From a virus, in the IMG/VR virus record IMGVR_UViG_3300031857_000057, positions 1-64,000 of that record: a stretch of 64,000 bases of DNA. One strand, 5' to 3'. Within the stretch, counting starts at the first letter, position 1; each line of letters begins with the position of its first letter. The notes under the pieces are model-generated. The model ran no database searches. It saw nothing but the letters and a program-made list of their open reading frames with translations, and had not been told where the DNA came from. Below, in pieces: positions 9,324 to 18,556 of the stretch. The translations under genes were made by a program, and so were the position numbers.

Positions 9324-9547
9324 TGGCAACTGTTACTCTTTATGAGACAAAGCCAGTAAGAACTGCTAGAATAGAGCAAGAAGATCTGGTAAATACTTCT
9401 TTTAGAACAGGTAAAAGAATATCTTTAATAGAAGAGGTTCTACCATTTAGAATTAAGTTTACAGCTATAAAAGTTCCTGGATACGGACCAAATAATGTTC
9501 CGCCTATTCCGTTACAGATTATTGGGTATAGCAACTTTATATTATAA
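9323..9547 (+). CDS. hypothetical protein
   Basis: TAATG coupling to the upstream gene. Confidence 0.6.
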   Translation: MATVTLYETKPVRTARIEQEDLVNTSFRTGKRISLIEEVLPFRIKFTAIKVPGYGPNNVPPIPLQIIGYSNFIL

Positions 9548-9559
9548 AGGGGTGGTTAA

Positions 9560-10273
9560 ATGAAAACAATAACTATAGCAACTCCCATGTATGGTGGCGT
9601 GTGTCATGGAACATATCTAAAGAGCATATTGTCTTTAGTAAATATATTGGGTCAAAAAGGTTATAAAGTTAACTATAGCGATATATCTAACGAATCCTTA
9701 ATTACAAGAGCAAGGAATACACTAACAGAACTATTTTTAAGATCTGGAAATGATTATTTACTTTTTATTGATTCAGACCAAGGGTTTAATCCTGAAGGTG
9801 TGGTAAAAATGATAGAAGAGAATGTTGATCTTGTTGGTGCAGCGGTTCCAATGAAAGGCATAAACTGGGAATCAGTAAAAAATGCTGTTTTACAAAATAA
9901 ACAAGATCTGTCAAATCACACTGCAATTTATAATGTTAATATATCAGAAACACAAAAAGAAGAATATAAAAAAAATCCAAATGTAATTGTTGAGGTAGAC
10001 TACATAGGAACTGGCTTAATGCTTATAAGCAGAAATGTATTTCAAACCCTAAAAGAGTATACGCCTTCATATAGATCTGATCAGCATAGCAGTTCTGGAA
10101 TACAATACGGTGAGACTATATATGATTTTTGGAGAACAGAAGTAGATCCTGAATCAAATAGGTTGCTTTCAGAAGATTATAATTTTTGTAAAATGTGGAG
10201 ATCTTTAGGGGGTAAAATTTATTTAGCTCCTTATACAAAGGTGGTGCATGTTGGAACATATTGGTTTAAATAA
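9560..10273 (+). CDS. GT-A fold glycosyltransferase
   Basis: IATPMYGG, NESLITRARN, LLFIDSD (DxD), IGTGLMLI, LLSEDYNFC, HVG. Confidence 0.85.
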   Translation: MKTITIATPMYGGVCHGTYLKSILSLVNILGQKGYKVNYSDISNESLITRARNTLTELFLRSGNDYLLFIDSDQGFNPEGVVKMIEENVDLVGAAVPMKGINWESVKNAVLQNKQDLSNHTAIYNVNISETQKEEYKKNPNVIVEVDYIGTGLMLISRNVFQTLKEYTPSYRSDQHSSSGIQYGETIYDFWRTEVDPESNRLLSEDYNFCKMWRSLGGKIYLAPYTKVVHVGTYWFK

Positions 10274-10979
10274 GCTTGATGGATTTGGTCCAATTTATGT
10301 TATTAATATGGAACGATCAGCAGATCGTAAAACATACATAGAAAATCATTTTAAAAAATACGGGGTATCAGAATATACTTTCGTAAATGGAATAGATGGA
10401 TCAAAAGAAGATTTAAATGAACTAATAAATAATCTTGACCAGATTACCGTTTCAAAAAATGAAATATCTTGTGGTATGTCTCATCTTAAAGCAATAAAAC
10501 ACTGGTTAGAAACATCTGATTCAGATTATGCCATCATCATGGAAGACGATGTTAGTCTTGAGACTGTAGATTTTTGGACTTTTACATGGAATGATTTTTT
10601 TAGTGCGGTAACTAAAAAATATGATATTTTACAACTTGCAATAACCAATAACTTTATTATAAACAATAGGTTGCATCTAAGAGAACATTTAGACTGGTGT
10701 GCAGCGGTATATTTAATAAAAAGACCATTTGCTGAAAAGCTAGTAAAGAAATATGTAGTTGATGGAAAGTATACCTTTAGTCCTAATAGGTTTTTGTCTG
10801 TTCCAGAAGGGGTTATATATACGGGAAGTCTTTGTTACTCAATACCGCTTTTTACTTATACCACTCAGTTTGAGTCATCATTGAATCAGTCCCATGTAAA
10901 TACTATACATACTAACTGTAGGAATCAAACATTAAGATACTGGCAAAACAACTCTATATTTAAATTAGATTTATTGTAA
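10248..10979 (+). CDS. Glycosyltransferase family 25
   Basis: IYVINMERSADRK, GIDG, EISCGMSHLKA, IIMEDD, AVYLI. Confidence 0.88.
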   Translation: MLEHIGLNKLDGFGPIYVINMERSADRKTYIENHFKKYGVSEYTFVNGIDGSKEDLNELINNLDQITVSKNEISCGMSHLKAIKHWLETSDSDYAIIMEDDVSLETVDFWTFTWNDFFSAVTKKYDILQLAITNNFIINNRLHLREHLDWCAAVYLIKRPFAEKLVKKYVVDGKYTFSPNRFLSVPEGVIYTGSLCYSIPLFTYTTQFESSLNQSHVNTIHTNCRNQTLRYWQNNSIFKLDLL

Positions 10980-10984
10980 TAATA

Positions 10985-10993
10985 TGTTATAAT
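10985..10993 (+). promoter_or_regulatory. Extended -10 promoter TGTTATAAT, likely leaderless
   Basis: ATG at 11000 lies 6 nt after the hexamer; no SD. Confidence 0.7.
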
Positions 10994-10999
10994 TTGGCT

Positions 11000-11446
11000 A
11001 TGGCCAGACTACCACTTTCCACAGTAAAGACAAAGTTCCAGACGGGTGATAGGCCCACGGAACAAGATTATGTTGATCTAATTGATAGTACTTCTGCTCA
11101 AGCTACAGATCTTGGCAGCTATGGTAATAATGAAAACACTATTACTGGAATTGAAAGCGCTACCGTTATTGATAATTTTGATGCAACGGTATGGCGAATG
11201 GTCAAATATATTATCTCAATAGCAAAGACAAGTGCTGGAGATAATAAATTTTATGCTACAGAATTGACTATACTTGTAGACGGTACAGATGTAAACGTTT
11301 CTGAGTATGGAACAATAGACAATGATGGGAATATTGGCACCGTTGCTGTCTCTCGTGCTGGTAGCACAGTTAATATAACTGTGACACCTGTAGTGGGGAT
11401 TACGCCTGTAACAGTTCGTTTTGCACGAATTGGTCTCAAGGCATAA
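11000..11446 (+). CDS. Virion fibre anchor/adaptor protein
   Basis: N-terminal KFQTGDRPTEQDYVDLIDS. The C-terminal beta domain resembles the C-terminus of 11464..13662. Confidence 0.6.
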   Translation: MARLPLSTVKTKFQTGDRPTEQDYVDLIDSTSAQATDLGSYGNNENTITGIESATVIDNFDATVWRMVKYIISIAKTSAGDNKFYATELTILVDGTDVNVSEYGTIDNDGNIGTVAVSRAGSTVNITVTPVVGITPVTVRFARIGLKA

Positions 11447-11463
11447 ACTACAAGGAGATATAA

Positions 11464-13662
11464 ATGGCTACAGTCAACAAAGACTTTAAAATCAAAAATG
11501 GTCTTATCGTTGAAGGTGCAAATGGTACCATCAACGGTTATGACATTCTTACAAAAGACTCTGCCGATCAAACATACATTATTGGATTGATTGGTGGATC
11601 CGCAAACTCGCAGGCAGTTGCTAATACAGTTGTTGCTCGTGATGGTTTTGCAAATTTTGCTGCTAACGTTATTACAGCAGACCTCGTCGGTGATGTTACT
11701 GGTGATGTAACTGGTACAGTTTCTGATATTTCAAACCACGATACAGATGATCTTGGTGAGGGCACATCAAACCTTTACTTCTCAAATGCTCGTGCAAAAG
11801 ATGCAGCAGCAGACTTGCTAACAAGTGCAACACTTACAAATATTACAATTAGCGGTAGTGGATCTGGACTAACAATTACTGCTGAAAACGGTGTTGCAGA
11901 TTCAGATACAGACGACCTTCTTGAGGGTACAACAAATCTTTATTTCACAAATACAAGGGCTCGTGGAGCTGTTAGTGCTGGAGAAGGACTTCAGTACAAT
12001 GGTTCAACAGGTGAGTTCACGGCACACCTTGGATACGGTCTTGAAATTGCTAATAATGCAATTCGTATTGATGATGATGTTATTGCTACTGATGCAGATA
12101 TTTCAAGTGCAGTAAGTGCTCATAACGTAGCATCTGGTGTTCATGGTGTTACAGGTAACGTTGTTGGTACTTCTGATACCCAGACAATTTCCAATAAGAC
12201 ACTTGGATCAAACCTTGATGCTGGTACATATACTATAACAAACCTTGGAACACCAAATAACTCAACAGATGCTGCTACAAAGGCTTATGTTGACGGTGTT
12301 GCTGAAGGTCTTCATATTCATGCTTCTGTTGTTGCTGCTACTACAGCAAATATTAATCTTGCAACAGATCTTGAAAACGGAGATCTTCTTGATGGCGTAA
12401 CGCTTGCTACAGGAAACCGTGTTCTTGTAAAGAATCAGTCTACTGCTTCACAAAACGGTATCTATGTTGTACAAGCTTCTGGTGCTGCTGTTCGTGCAGC
12501 TGACTTTGATGCTCCAGCAGAAGTAGATGGTGGTGACTTCGTATTCGTTACTGGTGGTGGTCAGGCTGACACTGGCTGGGTTCAGACATCTGAACTTGTT
12601 GCTACAATCGGAACAGACCCAATCTACTTCACCCAGTTCTCTGGTGCAGGTACATTTTTAGCAGGGTATGGATTATATCTTGATGGAAATACATTCAATG
12701 CTAATGCTAACGTTCTTGCAAGCATAGATTATGTTTCAGGTGCAATTACTTCTCATGAAGCTCTTCACAGCGGAATCCATGGTGTTACAGGAGATATTGT
12801 TGGAACATCTGATACACAAACATTAAGCAATAAAACACTTGGCAACGCAGTTTCCCTTGGAGCTGATCTTGATGCTGTTAATTCGTATAAGATTGTAAAT
12901 CTTGAAGAGCCATCAAGCAATCAAGATGCTGCAACCAAATTCTATGTTGATAATGCAATTACTGGTGTTGGAAATACAATATCTGGTCTTGATACCGATG
13001 ATGTTGCTGAAGGAAACAACCTTTACTTTACCAATGCCCGTGCAGAAGCAGCTGTTGCAAATCTTGATACTGGAGATCTTGCTGAAGGTACTAACTTGTA
13101 CTTCACAAATGCCCGTGCAGAGGCTGCAATGGTTACACCACTTACAGCTGGCACACAAACAAATATTACAGTCACCTACAACGGATTGACTGGAAATTAT
13201 GACTTTGTTGCAGAAAATGGTGTAGCTGATTCAGATACAGACGATCTTGATGAGGGAACTTCAAACCTTTACTTCACAAATGCTCGTGCCATTGCTGCTC
13301 TTGAAGCTGTAACGCCTAACTTTACAGAGATTGATATCAACAGTGTTGCAACACAGGTTGCTGCAGCTACTGCAAATATTGCAACTGCAAGTCAGGTTAC
13401 GGCATACTCTTGGCCTAAAGCATCTTACCGATCTGCAGAGTTCTTGGTAAAGACTGCTTATAGCACACATACAGAAGTTTCCAAGGTTATCTTGACAATG
13501 GATACGTCTGATAATATTGCAATCACTGAATATGCAATAGTTGGAACAAATGGTTCTGCTTCTACAATCACAGCAGATGTGAGCGGTAGCGATGCAAGAC
13601 TCCGAGTTACAACTCTTAATAATAACTCAACAGTTACCATAGTTGGAACACTGTTAGTATAG
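11464..13662 (+). CDS. Long fibre protein with internal repeats
   Basis: Ala/Gly/Thr-rich, DTDDL.EG..NLYFTNARA repeats, DAATK.YVD fibre motifs. SD AGGAG. Confidence 0.8.
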   Translation: MATVNKDFKIKNGLIVEGANGTINGYDILTKDSADQTYIIGLIGGSANSQAVANTVVARDGFANFAANVITADLVGDVTGDVTGTVSDISNHDTDDLGEGTSNLYFSNARAKDAAADLLTSATLTNITISGSGSGLTITAENGVADSDTDDLLEGTTNLYFTNTRARGAVSAGEGLQYNGSTGEFTAHLGYGLEIANNAIRIDDDVIATDADISSAVSAHNVASGVHGVTGNVVGTSDTQTISNKTLGSNLDAGTYTITNLGTPNNSTDAATKAYVDGVAEGLHIHASVVAATTANINLATDLENGDLLDGVTLATGNRVLVKNQSTASQNGIYVVQASGAAVRAADFDAPAEVDGGDFVFVTGGGQADTGWVQTSELVATIGTDPIYFTQFSGAGTFLAGYGLYLDGNTFNANANVLASIDYVSGAITSHEALHSGIHGVTGDIVGTSDTQTLSNKTLGNAVSLGADLDAVNSYKIVNLEEPSSNQDAATKFYVDNAITGVGNTISGLDTDDVAEGNNLYFTNARAEAAVANLDTGDLAEGTNLYFTNARAEAAMVTPLTAGTQTNITVTYNGLTGNYDFVAENGVADSDTDDLDEGTSNLYFTNARAIAALEAVTPNFTEIDINSVATQVAAATANIATASQVTAYSWPKASYRSAEFLVKTAYSTHTEVSKVILTMDTSDNIAITEYAIVGTNGSASTITADVSGSDARLRVTTLNNNSTVTIVGTLLV
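11740..13290 (+). repeat. Five dispersed DTDD(L/V)xEGxxNLYF(T/S)NxRA repeats and two HGVTGxxVGTSDTQTxSNKTLG repeats
   Basis: Copies start near 11740, 11905, 12991, 13066 and 13234; the second family starts near 12142 and 12778. Confidence 0.85.
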
Positions 13663-13682
13663 TTTAGAATAGAGGAGAACCA

Positions 13683-14141
13683 GTGGCTACAGTTAACAAA
13701 GATTTTAAGGTAAAGAATGGCCTAATTGTTGGTGGTGGTGGAACATTTACTAATGCGGTAACTGTTGCTACCCCGACACTTGGTGGACATGCTACTACAA
13801 AAGATTATGTTGACGCAATCGCTGGTTCTCCTTCTATCCCAGTAGGAAATACTGCACCAGAATCACCATCAAATGGTGATCTTTGGTTTGACACATTAAC
13901 AGAAAGAGTCCACGTATATTATAGTTCTTCTTGGCTGGCAATTGCTAATCTAGAAGATGCAGAAGTGTTACAAGATCATATTCATGATACATCAATTGAT
14001 GGATCAGGTCTTATTGTAAGTACATTTGTAAGCGGTGGAGCTTATAATGAGCCAGGCTACTTGGTTAGTGCTGGATCTTATAATACTAATTCCTGGGAAG
14101 AAACATGGGATGGCGGGATAGCAGTAGATAATTTTAATTAA
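13683..14141 (+). CDS. Short fibre connector protein
   Basis: Same N-terminus as 11464 (MATVNKDFK.KNGLIV); AP.SP.NGDLWFD module; C-terminal WDGG. Confidence 0.7.
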   Translation: MATVNKDFKVKNGLIVGGGGTFTNAVTVATPTLGGHATTKDYVDAIAGSPSIPVGNTAPESPSNGDLWFDTLTERVHVYYSSSWLAIANLEDAEVLQDHIHDTSIDGSGLIVSTFVSGGAYNEPGYLVSAGSYNTNSWEETWDGGIAVDNFN

Positions 14142-14146
14142 TTATC

Positions 14147-14155
14147 TGTTATAAT
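14147..14155 (+). promoter_or_regulatory. Extended -10 promoter TGTTATAAT
   Basis: Intergenic, upstream of SD AGGAG and ATG 14182. Confidence 0.65.
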
Positions 14156-14181
14156 ACTACCATATACAGAGGAGTGTATAA

Positions 14182-16338
14182 ATGGCAACAAGAATGCAAC
14201 AGCGCAGGGGTACTGCGACTCAGTGGACAACAGCCAACCCAATATTAAATGCTGGAGAAATTGGGTATGAGACTAACACAAATAAATTTAAGATCGGTGA
14301 TGGAACAAACCATTGGGCCGATTTAGCATATTTTATTGATGAGGATGCTGTATCAAATTATGTTCTTGATACAGAATTAGGTGAGTTAACACAGGATATT
14401 GTTGATGCCGCTCTTGTTGCAGGAACGGGCGTTACAAAAACCTATAACGACAATGCAAATACTATAACGATTGCAATTGATTCAACGGTTACTACAAACA
14501 GTGGATCACAAACACTCTCTAACAAAAGTATTGATTTTTCAAATAATACAGTAACAGCAACACTATCTCAATTAAATACAGCAATAAGCGATGGAGATCT
14601 TGTATCGGTTGCTGCTCTTTCTAATACATTGTCTGATTACGCATTAGTAAATGATGTGGCCAATATTTATGCTAGTAAAGATTTATTGGCAAATACAATT
14701 GAGGCATCTGCGGGGACTGGACTTATATTTAATCCTGCAACAGATCAATTTGATGTTGATTCAACAACAGTTCAACTTAGAATTACTGGAGTCACAGACA
14801 CAGAGCTTGGTTATTTATCAAATGTAACTTCAGACATTCAAGAACAGATCAATTCTAAGGCTGCATCAGCAGATATTGCAGAACTTTCGGTAGATGCTGT
14901 AGCTCAGGCCTTGTCTGCTGGAACGCATACAAATATTAGCGTTTCCTATAATGATGGATCAAACTCTATATCGCTAACTGGAGCAGTAACATATACAGAT
15001 GAAAATGCACAGGATGCAGTTGGAAATGCTCTTGGAAATGGTCTTTCTTATGATGATAGCACTGGTGCTATTTCTGTAAATACCTCAACAATACAAGCTC
15101 GTGTTGCTGATGTTTCTGATACAGAAATCGGATATCTAAATGGTGTAACTTCTGGAATCCAGTCTCAGATTGATGGAAAAATTTCTTCGTCAAGCACAGA
15201 TACGCTAACAAACAAAACAATTAATTTAGCAAATAATACAGTATCTGGAACTCTTGCACAGTTTAACTCTGCTATATCAGATGATGATATTTTGCCAATA
15301 TCTGGTGGAACACTAACTGGAGCATTAACACTTTCTGGTGCACCAACAGAGTCTCTTCATGCAGCGACAAAAGCATATGTTGACTCTGCTGTTGAAGGAT
15401 TGCACGTTCACCCATCAGTTAGGGTGGCTACAACAACAAATGTTGCTTTAGCTACTGCTCTTGAAAATGGTGATGTACTTGATGGTATAACTCTTGTAAC
15501 AGGTGATCGCATTCTTGTTAAAGATCAAACAACAAAGTCAGAAAATGGTATTTATGTAGTTCAAGCTTCGGGACAACCGACTCGTGCAACTGATTTTGAT
15601 ACAGCTTCTGAAGTTGATAGCGGTGACTTTGTATTCGTAGATTTAGGTAACACCTATGCTAATACTGGATGGGTACAAATTAATACACCAGCAACAATCG
15701 GAACTGATGCAATAGAGTTTGTTCAGTTCTCTGGAGCAGGCACTTATACTGCTGGAACTGGCTTGACTCTTGATGGAACAGTATTTTCAATAGCTAATAC
15801 AGTAGCTACATTATCAGGAACCCAAGTACTAACTAATAAAACAATCAATGGTGCAGATAACACTCTCACAGTAAGAATTGCAAACGATGTTTCTGGACTT
15901 GGATCTGGAGTTGCAACATTTCTTGGAACCCCATCATCTGCTAACTTAGCATCTGCAGTAACAGATGAAACTGGATCTGGAGCACTTGTCTTTGGGACAT
16001 CCCCAACAATTGCTACTCCAAGAGTACAGATGGCAATGAATGCACAAACTGGAACAACATACACACTTGCTCTAACTGATGCATCTAACCGATGGGTGAC
16101 CTGTGACAACACAAGCGCAATAACTGTAACAGTTCCACCATCTGTATTCTCAGTTGGAGATCAAATAGCTGTTCAACAAACAAATACTGGTCAAGTAACA
16201 TTCGCAATTGGATCAGGTGTAACAATTACATCAGCTGGTGCAACAACAGCAGCTCCAAAAATTAGAACACGTTACTCATCTGCAGTAGTAATATGCACGG
16301 GAAGTAATACGTTCACAATTATTGGTGACATAGTTTAA
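14182..16338 (+). CDS. Fibre protein with Mtd_N/hyaluronidase-type N-terminal domain
   Basis: RMQQRRGTATQW..ANPILNAGEIGYETNTNKFKIGDG; C-terminal beta domain ending IIGDIV. Confidence 0.82.
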   Translation: MATRMQQRRGTATQWTTANPILNAGEIGYETNTNKFKIGDGTNHWADLAYFIDEDAVSNYVLDTELGELTQDIVDAALVAGTGVTKTYNDNANTITIAIDSTVTTNSGSQTLSNKSIDFSNNTVTATLSQLNTAISDGDLVSVAALSNTLSDYALVNDVANIYASKDLLANTIEASAGTGLIFNPATDQFDVDSTTVQLRITGVTDTELGYLSNVTSDIQEQINSKAASADIAELSVDAVAQALSAGTHTNISVSYNDGSNSISLTGAVTYTDENAQDAVGNALGNGLSYDDSTGAISVNTSTIQARVADVSDTEIGYLNGVTSGIQSQIDGKISSSSTDTLTNKTINLANNTVSGTLAQFNSAISDDDILPISGGTLTGALTLSGAPTESLHAATKAYVDSAVEGLHVHPSVRVATTTNVALATALENGDVLDGITLVTGDRILVKDQTTKSENGIYVVQASGQPTRATDFDTASEVDSGDFVFVDLGNTYANTGWVQINTPATIGTDAIEFVQFSGAGTYTAGTGLTLDGTVFSIANTVATLSGTQVLTNKTINGADNTLTVRIANDVSGLGSGVATFLGTPSSANLASAVTDETGSGALVFGTSPTIATPRVQMAMNAQTGTTYTLALTDASNRWVTCDNTSAITVTVPPSVFSVGDQIAVQQTNTGQVTFAIGSGVTITSAGATTAAPKIRTRYSSAVVICTGSNTFTIIGDIV

Positions 16339-16361
16339 TATATAAATACATATAAAACATT

Positions 16362-16395
16362 AACACGCTCTTAACAGGGCGTGTTTTTGTTTTTC
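16362..16395 (+). terminator. Rho-independent terminator
   Basis: AACACGCTCT-taac-AGGGCGTGTT followed by TTTGTTTTT. Confidence 0.8.
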
Positions 16396-16403
16396 ATAAC
16401 TTG

Positions 16404-16412
16404 TGCTATACT
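16404..16412 (+). promoter_or_regulatory. Extended -10 promoter TGCTATACT for nrdJ
   Basis: Directly after the terminator and upstream of the RNR gene. Confidence 0.65.
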
Positions 16413-16476
16413 TAAGGGAGTACTTTAGAAAATGCAAAGTACTCATTTTATTTTTTTATTACGAAAGGTTTTATAA

Positions 16477-18507
16477 ATGTCAGATATTTTTTCGTTCCGT
16501 CTTGTAGATGATTTTATTGCTAAATATAAGGATGTAGAGCCACCATTTGGATTTTCTGATGCTGGCAATAACTCCCTTGGAGAAATAACATTTATTAGGA
16601 CATATTCAAGAGTAAAAGAAGACGGAACTAAAGAACGCTGGCATGAAGTCTGTCGTCGTGTTATTGAGGGTATGTATTCAGTACAAAAAAATCACGCTAA
16701 AGAAAACCGCCTACCCTGGAATGATAATAAAGCACAAAAATCTGCTCAAGAGGCATTTGATCGTATGTTTAATCTTAAGTGGACCCCTCCTGGGCGTGGC
16801 ATGTGGGCATTTGGTACCCCAATGACTATGGAAAAGCGCAACTCCGCTGCTCTTCAAAACTGTGCAATGGTATCCACAAAAGATCTTGACAAGAATGATC
16901 CAGGAGCATTGTTTGCCTGGGTAATGGATGCATTAATGTTGGGTATTGGGGTAGGGTTTGATACCGTTGGAGCAGACAAGGATTTTCCTATTTACAGTCC
17001 AACAGAGCCAGCATTTATATATGAGATTCCAGATACTCGTGAAGGATGGGTAGACTCTGTAAGAATGTTACTTAATTCTTACCTAAGACCAAATCAAGCA
17101 ATTCAAGAATTTAACTATGATCTCATACGACCTCTAGGAGCACCCATTAAAGGCTTTGGAGGCGTTGCTAGCGGTCCACAACCACTTATTGATCTACACA
17201 ACCGTATCCGCACAGTCATTGGCTGTAGGGCAGGAGAAAAGCTAGACTCTCGTGCAATTGTTGATATTGTAAACCTTATTGGAACTTGTGTTGTTTCTGG
17301 TAATGTTCGTCGTTCCGCAACCCTTGCTCTTGGTGCTGCTGGAGATGAAGATTTTATTAATCTTAAAAATGGTGAAGTATTTCCAGAACGAAATTCATTT
17401 GATCCAAAAAATCCAGGTTGGGCATGGATGAGTAATAACTCTATCTCTGCAAATGTAGGAACAAAGTATGAAGACTATGTAGATCTTATTGCAAACAATG
17501 GAGAGCCAGGATTTATTTGGTTGGATGTTGCTCGTAATTTTGGTCGTCTTGCAGATCCAGCAGATGGAAAAGATTATCGTGTTATGGGATTCAATCCATG
17601 TGCTGAACAACCACTAGAGTCCTACGAGCTTTGTACATTAGTTGAGGTTCATCTAAATAGGCATGATACAAAAGAAGATTTCTTGCGTACATTGAAGTTT
17701 GCATATCTTTATGGAAAAAGTGTAACACTTATTCCAACACATTGGCCAACAACAAACGGCATTATGCAAAGAAATCGTCGTATTGGAACATCCCTTACTG
17801 GGATTGCTTCATTTGCAGATAAGAAGGGTTTGCCAGCAGTTCGTGATTGGATGGACGAAGGCTACAAGACTATTCGTAAATATGATCATTCATATTCTGA
17901 GTGGCTTTGTGTTCGTGAATCAATTCGTGTTACAACCGTAAAGCCGTCTGGTTCTGTGTCAATTCTTTCTGGGGCTACCCCAGGAGTTCACTGGGCTCCA
18001 GGTGGAGATTACTTCCTTCGTGCTATCCGTTTTGGTGATACTGACCCAATGCTACATCTTTTCAAAGCTGCAGGGTATAAGATTGAAAAAGATCTAGTAT
18101 CAGCAAATACACAAGTAGTATATTTCCCAGTACATTCTGGACATCCACGATCTGAAAAAGATGTAACATTATTTGAGAAGATTGCACTTGCTGCTACTGC
18201 TCAAAAATATTGGTCAGATAATGGTGTTTCTGTTACCCTTTCATTTGATAAGGATACTGAAACTAAGCACATTGCTCCTGCCCTTCATATGTATGAAGGT
18301 CAGCTAAAGGCAGTATCATTTTTACCAATGGGCAATACAGTTTATCCACAGCAACCATATACTCAGATTACTAAGGATGAATATAACTCGTATATTGGCA
18401 AGATTAAGAAGATTAATTGGTCTGCTATTTACGATGGCGTAGATAATCTTGATTCTGTTGGAGAGGCTTATTGCACTACGGATAGCTGTGAGATAAAAAT
18501 TGGATAA
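16477..18507 (+). CDS. nrdJ: Class II (adenosylcobalamin-dependent) ribonucleotide reductase, RTPR-type
   Basis: RTYSR, PPGRG, LQNC, GNVRRSA, GFNPCAEQ, LCTL, TTVKPSGSVS, C-terminal YCTTDSC. No radical-generating small subunit nearby. Confidence 0.93.
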   Translation: MSDIFSFRLVDDFIAKYKDVEPPFGFSDAGNNSLGEITFIRTYSRVKEDGTKERWHEVCRRVIEGMYSVQKNHAKENRLPWNDNKAQKSAQEAFDRMFNLKWTPPGRGMWAFGTPMTMEKRNSAALQNCAMVSTKDLDKNDPGALFAWVMDALMLGIGVGFDTVGADKDFPIYSPTEPAFIYEIPDTREGWVDSVRMLLNSYLRPNQAIQEFNYDLIRPLGAPIKGFGGVASGPQPLIDLHNRIRTVIGCRAGEKLDSRAIVDIVNLIGTCVVSGNVRRSATLALGAAGDEDFINLKNGEVFPERNSFDPKNPGWAWMSNNSISANVGTKYEDYVDLIANNGEPGFIWLDVARNFGRLADPADGKDYRVMGFNPCAEQPLESYELCTLVEVHLNRHDTKEDFLRTLKFAYLYGKSVTLIPTHWPTTNGIMQRNRRIGTSLTGIASFADKKGLPAVRDWMDEGYKTIRKYDHSYSEWLCVRESIRVTTVKPSGSVSILSGATPGVHWAPGGDYFLRAIRFGDTDPMLHLFKAAGYKIEKDLVSANTQVVYFPVHSGHPRSEKDVTLFEKIALAATAQKYWSDNGVSVTLSFDKDTETKHIAPALHMYEGQLKAVSFLPMGNTVYPQQPYTQITKDEYNSYIGKIKKINWSAIYDGVDNLDSVGEAYCTTDSCEIKIG

Positions 18508-18530
18508 AGTGGTTTTGTCAAGTACAAAAT

Positions 18531-18549
18531 TGCTATAATCTGGTATACT
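18531..18549 (+). promoter_or_regulatory. Tandem extended -10 elements TGCTATAAT and TGGTATACT
   Basis: The second hexamer ends 7 nt before ATG 18557 (leaderless geometry). Confidence 0.65.
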
Positions 18550-18556
18550 TATGGTT

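Noticed and set aside
14182-16338. Diversity-generating retroelement suggested by the Mtd_N domain
   Set aside because: No reverse transcriptase and no TR/VR pair differing at adenines in the window; Mtd_N is only a structural module.
16413-16476. Cobalamin riboswitch or NrdR box before nrdJ
   Set aside because: The leader is only ~60 nt and has no B12-box or convincing NrdR consensus.
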